A stretch of DNA of 64,000 bases from Candidatus Micrarchaeota archaeon. GTDB lineage: Archaea; Micrarchaeota; Micrarchaeia; Micrarchaeales; Micrarchaeaceae. The notes under the pieces were generated by a model, which saw only the letters and a program-made list of their open reading frames with translations, did no database searches and was not told the origin of the DNA. Positions 24,891-32,371 of the stretch are shown here, piece after piece (the first letter of the stretch is position 1; each line of letters begins with the position of its first letter). Position numbers and translations under genes: made by a program. The DNA lies in the NCBI GenBank assembly GCA_021827525.1, contig JAKAVJ010000013.1, forward strand, positions 9,191 to 73,190, given 5' to 3'.

Positions 24891-26330
24891 TCAGCTTCTC
24901 TCCCTCTTTTCTATTGGGAATAATATTACTTCCTTTATCGATTTCTGGTTTGTGAGCAGCATAACCAGCCTGTCTATCCCTATCCCTATCCCGCCTGTAG
25001 GCGGCATGCCGTATTCCATTGCTTCCACGAAATCCATGTCTAGCGGTTCTGCTTCCTTGTCCCCCATCTTTGCCTTCTCTCCCTCCGCAGCGAAATTATC
25101 GCGCTGTATTATCGGGTTGTTCAGCTCCGAAAATGCGTTGGATATCTCCACGCCATTTATGTAGAGCTCAAACCTCTCTGCGAGCCTCGGGTTGCCGCGC
25201 TTGGGCCTCGATAGCGGCGAAGTCTCCCTAGGGAAGTCGGTTATGAATGTAGGCTGCACGCATTCAGGCTGCACCAAAAGCTCCAGCAGCTTGTCGTAGG
25301 CATGCGCCCTGAACCTTTTGCCCTTCTCGAACTTTATCCCATTGCTTTCGGCGAGCTTCAACAGCTCCTCATCACCCATAGACATCACATCCAATCCTAG
25401 CTTCTCGTTCAGGCTGTCTATGTATCCTATGCGCCTGAACGGAGCTTTGAAGCTGATCTTTTTACCCTGGTATTCTATGAACTCGCGGCCATAGAGCTTC
25501 TTTGTAAGGAATTCGAAAAGCCCTTCATTGAGCCTCATCATCCCTTCGTAATCCGTATACGCTTCGTAAGCCTCCATCATGGTGAACTCAGGGCTGTGTG
25601 TAGAATCAAAATCCTCGTTCCTGAAGGCTTTGTATATCTCGTACACCTTGTCCAATCCGCCTATTATGAGCCTCTTCAGATACAGCTCGTTTGATATCCT
25701 AAGATAATCTTCCTCCTTTATTGTATTGGTATATGTCTTGAACGGCTCTGCGTCTGCACCGCCATAAAGCGGCTGTATTACTGGAGTCTCAAACTCCATG
25801 TAGCCTTTCCCGTCCATGTATTCCCTTATGAGCTTGGTTATCAGCGAGCGCTTGAGCGCCACATCCCTAGATTCGTCATTGACTATCAGATCCAAGTACC
25901 TCTTCCTGTACCTGGTCTCTACATCCTGGAGGCCCTTCCACTTGTCCGGAAGGGTGCGCAGCGCCTTTGCTAGCAAAGAGTATTCGCTCACATTTATGCT
26001 TATCTCGCCGGGATTGGTCTTGAACACGTTACCGGTTATCCCTACAAAATCGCCGACATTATAGCCCTTTACTTCAGAGAACTTATCCTCGCCGAGCTTG
26101 CCGTAATCGAAATAGCCCTGTATCCTGCCGGTAGAGTTCATTACGTCGAGGAATACTAGCTTGCCAGCTTTCCTCATGCCGGATATGCGCCCCGCTACAG
26201 ATACAATCTTGTCCTCATACTCCCCAAACCTTTCACGGATGTTCTTTATGCTCACCGTCTGTTCAAAAGAGTACGGCAACGCTGAAAGCGTATTCGATAA
26301 TTCAACGTCTTTATTGTCCATAGGAATCAC
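24891..26330 (-). CDS. lysS: Lysyl-tRNA synthetase, class II type
   Basis: N-terminal OB anticodon-binding domain. Class II motif 2 (FRNEDFDSTHSPEFTMMEAY) and motif 3 (GIGIGIDRLVMLL). Confidence 0.92.
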   Translation of the reverse strand: MIPMDNKDVELSNTLSALPYSFEQTVSIKNIRERFGEYEDKIVSVAGRISGMRKAGKLVFLDVMNSTGRIQGYFDYGKLGEDKFSEVKGYNVGDFVGITGNVFKTNPGEISINVSEYSLLAKALRTLPDKWKGLQDVETRYRKRYLDLIVNDESRDVALKRSLITKLIREYMDGKGYMEFETPVIQPLYGGADAEPFKTYTNTIKEEDYLRISNELYLKRLIIGGLDKVYEIYKAFRNEDFDSTHSPEFTMMEAYEAYTDYEGMMRLNEGLFEFLTKKLYGREFIEYQGKKISFKAPFRRIGYIDSLNEKLGLDVMSMGDEELLKLAESNGIKFEKGKRFRAHAYDKLLELLVQPECVQPTFITDFPRETSPLSRPKRGNPRLAERFELYINGVEISNAFSELNNPIIQRDNFAAEGEKAKMGDKEAEPLDMDFVEAMEYGMPPTGGIGIGIDRLVMLLTNQKSIKEVILFPIEKRERS

Positions 26331-26368
26331 GTGTATGAGAGTATTGAATATATTTATTGCTTACGTGC

Positions 26369-26381
26369 AAAAAAAGAAAAA
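26369..26381 (-). terminator. Oligo-T tract downstream of the 182-aa wHTH gene
   Basis: The minus strand reads CCTTTTTCTTTTTTTG about 40 nt after the stop at 26420. Confidence 0.35.
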
Positions 26382-26419
26382 GGAAGGATTAGAATAGAGC
26401 CCGGACTCCCGAGCCCTAT

Positions 26420-26968
26420 CTAATGTGGGGGTGAAATAATTAGTGTTGTGGTCGTCTTGCCAGCATCATATTTGTAATACACCTTATGCCCCAGCTGATA
26501 CCTCTGCAGGATACCACGCTTGTACAGGCCGTTGAGCCTAGATGAGGCTGCGTTCCTGCCCTTGTACGACATAAGGGCCTTTATGTCATCGGCACATGCC
26601 ATGCCTTTAACCTGTATATACTCTATTATCTTAGAATCCAACCCGGATAGCGGTATTTCCTCATATTTGACAGGCTGCTGTATTCCAGGCACGTATGTAG
26701 GCTCTGCGGGCATCTCCTGGCCCTGCTCGGCATCTGCGGTGAGCGCAGATATATTGTCTGATATGTTCTTGAGCAGCATCGTGGTCTTCTTATTCTCGTC
26801 CATCACGTATCTAAGCAGAAGCAGCATGTTTGAGCTGTTCTCTTCGCCCTTGCTCTTTTCCTTGAGCTGCTCCATGTCATGGGCCCTAGCATCGGCAATC
26901 TTCTGGATCTCCTCCTTGATCTTCAGAAGCTCCTTTTCTATAGGCTTTTTCTGACCCATCCGAATCAC
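26420..26968 (-). CDS. Coiled-coil protein with C-terminal winged helix (hypothetical regulator)
   Basis: C-terminal IIEYIQVKGMACADDIKALMSYKGRNAASSRLNGLYKRGILQRYQ is wHTH-like. Start is either GTG 26968 or ATG 26959. Confidence 0.55.
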   Translation of the reverse strand: MIRMGQKKPIEKELLKIKEEIQKIADARAHDMEQLKEKSKGEENSSNMLLLLRYVMDENKKTTMLLKNISDNISALTADAEQGQEMPAEPTYVPGIQQPVKYEEIPLSGLDSKIIEYIQVKGMACADDIKALMSYKGRNAASSRLNGLYKRGILQRYQLGHKVYYKYDAGKTTTTLIISPPH

Positions 26969-27018
26969 ACGTGATTCTTACATAATTGGATTATGGAACA
27001 ATCATGATTGAATCATGA
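26962..27018. promoter_or_regulatory. Three related AATCA..TGATT palindromes between a TATA-like box and the wHTH gene start (candidate auto-operator array)
   Basis: GAATCAC-AC-GTGATTC (26962-26977), the perfect 12-mer CAATCATGATTG (26999-27010), and GAATCATGA (27010-27018). On the minus strand a TTTAAATATATAA box sits at about 27031-27045. Confidence 0.45.
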
Positions 27019-27097
27019 GTATTATTTGCAGTTATATATTTAAAGCTTTCTACAGGCTGTGATAAAAATGTTGAATAGCGGAAGCGCGATTTGTTGC

Positions 27098-28324
27098 CTA
27101 TCTGGTCAGCCAGCTGTTTTGCTTCCATATTGTCAATAGACCGTAGAACGTTGCAAAGAGTATTATGAGCATCGCTATACCGCCATATGCAAAAGTCTTC
27201 TTCCTCTTCCTCTTCACCCTAGTGGACAGTGCGATGCCGAATATTGCAATTGCTACAAAATCAAGCACCTGTATAGTGTAGTACAGTATGATTAATGGAT
27301 GTATGCGCGCGAAGTTGAGCGTTATTATATTATATGCTAGCAGCAGGTCGCGCGATATCTCAGTGTTTATTCCGTGGAACATGTATAGGTATATACGGGA
27401 CGCAAATAAGAGTATTGTTACTACAGGCAGCGCATACATGTACAACATCTCGAATGTATAAAACGGCCCTTTCTTTATATAGCGCATGTGGAGGAATTCA
27501 TCTAAGAAATACATATATCCTGCACGCGTCCACCTTACCATCTGCTTTACAAACATCTTGAGGTTTTTCTGCGATTCGGTCTTTACTATGACGTTGTAGT
27601 CTATGGCCGCCTTATATCCGAGGTTTAGCATATGGCTGGTTATGTGCCTGTCGTCTGAAAGCCCGCTCTTTATACCGAGAAGGCTGTAGTTCCTGTACTC
27701 GTCGGACTTCATGAAGCTGCTTATCAGATTGGTCTGGTACATGCAGCATCTTCCGTCCAGGACCATCACCGCCCCAGATTTTGCCATAGCTCTGAATGTG
27801 ATTTCCTTCAGCTTCTCAAAGAATTCTGATGCATAGGATATCCAGTTGCTGTTCAGGCGTATGGATATGCTTGTCCCCACCCCGCCGATGCCGGGGCCGA
27901 ACTTGGAGAGCATGCTCTTCACCGCGTGCTTTGGTATGGTAGTATCGCTGTCTACAAACATTACGTATTTAGTGGCAACATTTTCCATGCCGAGAGATAA
28001 TGCATGCCGCTTGCCGCCGCGCATCTTCGAGTATACAAATCTGCCGCCATGGTTCCTTGTTATGCTCCTATACGGCTCTAAGCTAGAATCGCCGACTACT
28101 ATGAATGGGCTTCCCTGCCTGCTTATAGAGTATATGCATCTCTCGAACAACTTGGGGTTCTCGTTGTATACAGGCACCACGATGGTAACGTCCCTTACAT
28201 CACCTTCGGGATTGTTGCCGCGTATCCTGTAGTTTATTGACCTTCTTGCATTCGATATGTAGTATATCAATGAGACGAGACCAAAGAATATAGAGAACAG
28301 TATGATATATAAGCCTATGAACAT
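27098..28324 (-). CDS. Membrane-embedded processive family-2 glycosyltransferase (cellulose/chitin/hyaluronan-synthase-like)
   Basis: VVPVYNE, the acidic motif FVDSDT, and the processive-synthase motif Q-x-x-R-W (KQMVRWTRAGY). Flanked by an N-terminal TM helix and C-terminal TM helices. Confidence 0.8.
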   Translation of the reverse strand: MFIGLYIILFSIFFGLVSLIYYISNARRSINYRIRGNNPEGDVRDVTIVVPVYNENPKLFERCIYSISRQGSPFIVVGDSSLEPYRSITRNHGGRFVYSKMRGGKRHALSLGMENVATKYVMFVDSDTTIPKHAVKSMLSKFGPGIGGVGTSISIRLNSNWISYASEFFEKLKEITFRAMAKSGAVMVLDGRCCMYQTNLISSFMKSDEYRNYSLLGIKSGLSDDRHITSHMLNLGYKAAIDYNVIVKTESQKNLKMFVKQMVRWTRAGYMYFLDEFLHMRYIKKGPFYTFEMLYMYALPVVTILLFASRIYLYMFHGINTEISRDLLLAYNIITLNFARIHPLIILYYTIQVLDFVAIAIFGIALSTRVKRKRKKTFAYGGIAMLIILFATFYGLLTIWKQNSWLTR

Positions 28325-28400
28325 TTGATTCGCCTGACTTAATCTTAAAATGCTTAACTTATAGAGAATGATATAAATAAAACATGATATGCTGCCGCAT

Positions 28401-30008
28401 TTACCTGCTTGAATTCAAAACCCACAATTCCGAGGTTCCGTTGCTCATGACAAGGTGGTAACCATTATGCAACACATATTCATCGAATGAGTTTGTATAG
28501 TTGTAGAATAATTGCGTATACGCACCGTTGGCGTATAGCTCGGAAAAGCATTTATTGAAGTCAACCAGCGCATATTCTGGTTTGAAGTACATTGTATTGG
28601 TTAGATTTTTTGGCAACTCTTCTATGTATACGCGGTTCGCTGTGTGTGCGGCTATAAAATTCATAGTTACCAAGGATGCATTATTAGGTACTCTCGCAAT
28701 TACCCAATTAAGCTGACTGATGCATGGATTGTTAATCGACGGGAGCACTGGAACACGTATTATTAAGCTCAATAGGAATATCGCCCACACCAATAGCAGA
28801 AGCGATGGCAATACTGCTCTATTCACTAAATGCTTGATACGCCACATGATGCTGTTAGAGTTAGGTTTGCTATCTGCCTTTGCTAGCAGCATGTAGCCGA
28901 GTATGGAAGCTATTATTGTGCCTCCAATAACATATGCGTAGTACTCAAGCAACAGGGTTCCGAAAAACATGTGCCTAAGAACAGCCACCTGTATTAGCCA
29001 CGGAAATATTAGTATAAGGAGCAGCACGGGCTCAACGAAGGACGTTATCCCAAATGCCACTACACCGAACAGTATATCCAGTATTATTAGCACACCTGTA
29101 TACAGGTTAGCCGGTGAAGCATGAAATGCCATCGTATTCAATTCGGCCGCGTATTCTCCTCTGGCGGAATTGCCAAAAAGTAGTTCGGCGATTGGTGCAC
29201 CGTCAAAAGGCAGCACCCTAAGGGTAGGTGGTACTTTAGCATAGCCGGTGGCATATGAGCTTATCAACACGTTTGCATATGTGAAGTATGCGAATAACGC
29301 AACAAGCGATGCTATTATTATTGCTGCTGCAAGAAACATCCGCTCTTTCCTAAGTGAAGCGCTGCTGCCGTGGAGAGCTTCGAAGTAGAGCAGGCCTATA
29401 CCGAGCACCAGGGTTGGAAATACTGCCGAGTCCATGACGGCCAGCGAAAGCACCAGAGTCAGATAAAACAATCGTTTATTGAGTTTCATATAGTAGTAGA
29501 ATAAGAGAAGTAGCATAGGTATTATCAAGAACTCTTCATGGAATTCAAATATTAGCATGCCCTGCATTCCGCCATTCAGCAGGTACGCTATGCCCAGTAT
29601 CAGGGCAAATTTGTTGTTGCCTGTAAGGCGATCTACTATGACAAATATGAGCACTGCAGTGAATGACAGCACTAATGATTCTATGAAAAATAGAGTGTAA
29701 GGAGATTGATATAGGTATACTAGAGGTGCTACAAAAAGCACCTCGTCAGGGGCTATGTGGTTGCTCACTACCAAGTACTGCAGGCCATATACTATTGCCG
29801 GATGGTGCAGCAGAAGATATATGCTCTGCATATCCCTGCCTATATCGTTATAGGTATACATGAATGCATTATAGTTATAAGCACCATACATGATCCAAAA
29901 GACTGTGCTTATAGTTGCTGCGACTATGATCAGGTATAGATATGAGGCCGCCTTTTCATACACGATATTCACCATTGACTTGCCAGCAATACAGCACGTA
30001 TATAACAA
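28401..30008 (-). CDS. Polytopic membrane protein, DUF2079-like (GT-C-like partner of the GT2 synthase)
   Basis: More than 10 TM helices. The segment YNDIGRDMQSIY...SNHIAPDEVLFVAPLVYL resembles the DUF2079 pattern as I recall it. The true start is probably the internal MVNIVYEK (about 29975). Confidence 0.45.
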   Translation of the reverse strand: MLYTCCIAGKSMVNIVYEKAASYLYLIIVAATISTVFWIMYGAYNYNAFMYTYNDIGRDMQSIYLLLHHPAIVYGLQYLVVSNHIAPDEVLFVAPLVYLYQSPYTLFFIESLVLSFTAVLIFVIVDRLTGNNKFALILGIAYLLNGGMQGMLIFEFHEEFLIIPMLLLLFYYYMKLNKRLFYLTLVLSLAVMDSAVFPTLVLGIGLLYFEALHGSSASLRKERMFLAAAIIIASLVALFAYFTYANVLISSYATGYAKVPPTLRVLPFDGAPIAELLFGNSARGEYAAELNTMAFHASPANLYTGVLIILDILFGVVAFGITSFVEPVLLLILIFPWLIQVAVLRHMFFGTLLLEYYAYVIGGTIIASILGYMLLAKADSKPNSNSIMWRIKHLVNRAVLPSLLLLVWAIFLLSLIIRVPVLPSINNPCISQLNWVIARVPNNASLVTMNFIAAHTANRVYIEELPKNLTNTMYFKPEYALVDFNKCFSELYANGAYTQLFYNYTNSFDEYVLHNGYHLVMSNGTSELWVLNSSR

Positions 30009-30159
30009 TCAAACCTGATCCGTCTAGTATTTGCAACCAGATACTAAGTACTAATTTCACATTTTAGTTTTTATATATTTTCATTCACATACATAATTGC
30101 CTTAAACGTAGAGTCACGAAGGCATTAACAGCAAGGCTTTGCAGTATAACAGATAAGTT

Positions 30160-30696
30160 ATGATGATGCTTATGCAGGAAGTGTATATACCAGCGGATAG
30201 GATAAAAAAGCTGAATACTAACAAGAGCCTCGAAGGCATAGAAAAGGCGTCTAAATGCCGCCTTGATGTAGAGGCTAGGGAAAATATGGTTAGAGTAGAG
30301 GGAGATGGCTATTCTGAATTCGTAGCGAAAAATATACTCATAGCCTTCGGCAGGGGCTTTGACGTATCCACGGCATGCCTTCTTGCCTCCGAGGATTACT
30401 ATTTCTCATATATAGACCTGGGCAGATTCATCAGCAGTGAGAAGAGGATAGAGCAAGTGAAAGCGCGCATAATAGGCGAACACGGGAAAGCGAAGAAGTA
30501 TATAGAGAGCGTAAGCTCAGCGCACATAAGCGTATATGGAGATACTGTAGGATTCATAGGCAGATCTGAGTGCATAAAAGAGGCAGAAGTGGCCGTAGAA
30601 ACGCTTATAGAAGGCAGTACGCACAAATTGGCGTACAGCAGGATGGAGGCGCTGCACAGGAAGAACAACCGCATCATTAAAGATGCGAGTTTCTAG
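30160..30696 (+). CDS. KH-domain RNA-binding protein (archaeal Dim2/Pno1-like)
   Basis: Two KH-like modules, including IIGEHGKAKKYIE (GxxG-type loop). Confidence 0.75.
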   Translation: MMMLMQEVYIPADRIKKLNTNKSLEGIEKASKCRLDVEARENMVRVEGDGYSEFVAKNILIAFGRGFDVSTACLLASEDYYFSYIDLGRFISSEKRIEQVKARIIGEHGKAKKYIESVSSAHISVYGDTVGFIGRSECIKEAEVAVETLIEGSTHKLAYSRMEALHRKNNRIIKDASF

Positions 30697-30704
30697 GTGA
30701 TTAT

Positions 30705-32342
30705 ATGGCTGCAAATAAAGCTGACGATATCTTTAAGGAATTCAAAGAGCACTCTATCTCAGAATTCTTCAAGAAGAACAGGCAGATGCTTGGATATTCG
30801 AGCATGGTAAGATCGCTTGTTACGGTAGTACATGAATATGTCACAAATTCTCTGGATGCTTGCGAGGAGGCAGGTATATTGCCTGACTTACGCGTTAAGA
30901 TAGATAAGCTAGGCGATACCAGGTACACTGTGCTTGTAGAGGACAACGGGCCCGGGATACCAAAGAGCTTCATAGGCAAAGCGCTAGCTACGGTGCTCGC
31001 CGGCACAAAGTTCCATAGGAATGTGCAGCAAAGGGGCCAGCAGGGCATAGGGGCTGCGGGCTGCACCCTCTTTGCGCAGATTACCACAGGGAAACCAATA
31101 CATGCAGTCAGCCATACCTCAGTAAACAGCGGATATTCTTGTGACGTTTCGATAGACACGATGCATAACAAGCCCATAGTGAGCAACATAGTACAGGAGG
31201 GAGATGCACCGCACACCGGCCTAATGGTGTCGGGCGAATTCGACGGCGTCAAATATGACAATAGTGACCATGGAGTCTATGAATATCTTAAGAGGACCGC
31301 ATTATCAAACCCCCACGTACAGATACATTTTATAGACCCGAATGGGCAGGAATCGACTTTCCTTAGGTCTGTTAATACTATTCCGGAAAGGCCGAAGGCA
31401 GCGCGCCTGCATCCTCTCGGACTCACAGTGAATGATATACTGGACCTGGCCCATGCATCTGGAAGCAGCAGGCTGTCTGCATTTCTCACTGATACTTTTT
31501 CGCGATTCAGCCAGGGCAAGGTCAATGAACTCAAGGATATAGTCGGAATTGATTTCTCGATGGATCCGAAGAAGATGACATGGGATGATGCAAGCAAGCT
31601 GGTTGATGGGTTCAAGAAAGTCAGGTGGATATCGCCGGAATCCGCACATATAGTGCCGATAGGCAAGAAATACATAGAGCTTACGCTCAAAAATATAATC
31701 AACCCAGAATTCATGAATGTCGTAGAGAGAAAGCCATCAGTCTTCAAAGGGGGCTTCCCTTTCATAGTTGAGGCAGCGATAGCGTATGGAGGCAGCTCGG
31801 GCAGGCAGACTGATAATGGCTATACTGGCAACATAATGCGCTTCGCCAATAGGGTTCCGCTGCTCTTTGATACCGGAAGCTGCGGCATAACCGAGGCGGT
31901 GAAGCAGGTACAGTGGAAGAGGTACGGCATAGATATGGATAACCAGCCCGTCAGCGTGCTTGTCAATATATCCTCGGTGTATATACCTTATTCCGGGGTT
32001 GGGAAGGAGGCGATATCGCCCGAGGAAGAGATAGTGGACGAGATAAAGCTGGCATTGATGGATGCTGCGAGGAACATACAGCACTATATTCATGGCAAGC
32101 AGCAGCTGAATTACGACACCAACAGGTACAAGACCATAATGCGCTACGTCAACCAGCTATCGCAGAACCTGAGCGAATTAACGGGCACGCAGAAGTCTGC
32201 GATACACGAAGCGCTCAAGAAACTCGTGATAGAGCATTATCCGCGCGTGAAGGAGCATGTATCAGGAGATGCAGGCAAAGGCTCCGATGAAGGAGAACAG
32301 GGCGAGAGCGGCGCAGAGGATCGTGAAGATGCTGAAGAATGA
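30705..32342 (+). CDS. top6B: DNA topoisomerase VI subunit B
   Basis: GHKL/Bergerat ATPase motifs HEYVTNSLDACEEAG and VEDNGPGIP, and QQGIGAAG. Transducer domain and acidic C-terminal tail. Confidence 0.92.
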   Translation: MAANKADDIFKEFKEHSISEFFKKNRQMLGYSSMVRSLVTVVHEYVTNSLDACEEAGILPDLRVKIDKLGDTRYTVLVEDNGPGIPKSFIGKALATVLAGTKFHRNVQQRGQQGIGAAGCTLFAQITTGKPIHAVSHTSVNSGYSCDVSIDTMHNKPIVSNIVQEGDAPHTGLMVSGEFDGVKYDNSDHGVYEYLKRTALSNPHVQIHFIDPNGQESTFLRSVNTIPERPKAARLHPLGLTVNDILDLAHASGSSRLSAFLTDTFSRFSQGKVNELKDIVGIDFSMDPKKMTWDDASKLVDGFKKVRWISPESAHIVPIGKKYIELTLKNIINPEFMNVVERKPSVFKGGFPFIVEAAIAYGGSSGRQTDNGYTGNIMRFANRVPLLFDTGSCGITEAVKQVQWKRYGIDMDNQPVSVLVNISSVYIPYSGVGKEAISPEEEIVDEIKLALMDAARNIQHYIHGKQQLNYDTNRYKTIMRYVNQLSQNLSELTGTQKSAIHEALKKLVIEHYPRVKEHVSGDAGKGSDEGEQGESGAEDREDAEE

Positions 32343-32371
32343 GAGCGTGCAAAGGGGCAATTGACAGCCGT

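Noticed and set aside
24895-24905. 9-nt match (TCTCTCCCT) to the tRNA-Leu 3' end, considered as an att repeat
   Set aside because: It is too short to be meaningful and lies inside the lysS coding end.
30023-30044. Weak inverted repeat TAGTAT-N10-ATACTA in the divergent intergenic region
   Set aside because: The arms are only 6 bp and A/T-rich, which is not distinguishable from background.
30705-32342. top6B without an adjacent top6A, considered as an anomaly
   Set aside because: Unlinked top6A and top6B genes do occur. The window shows no disrupted top6A remnant, and the A subunit is probably encoded elsewhere. Not informative by itself.
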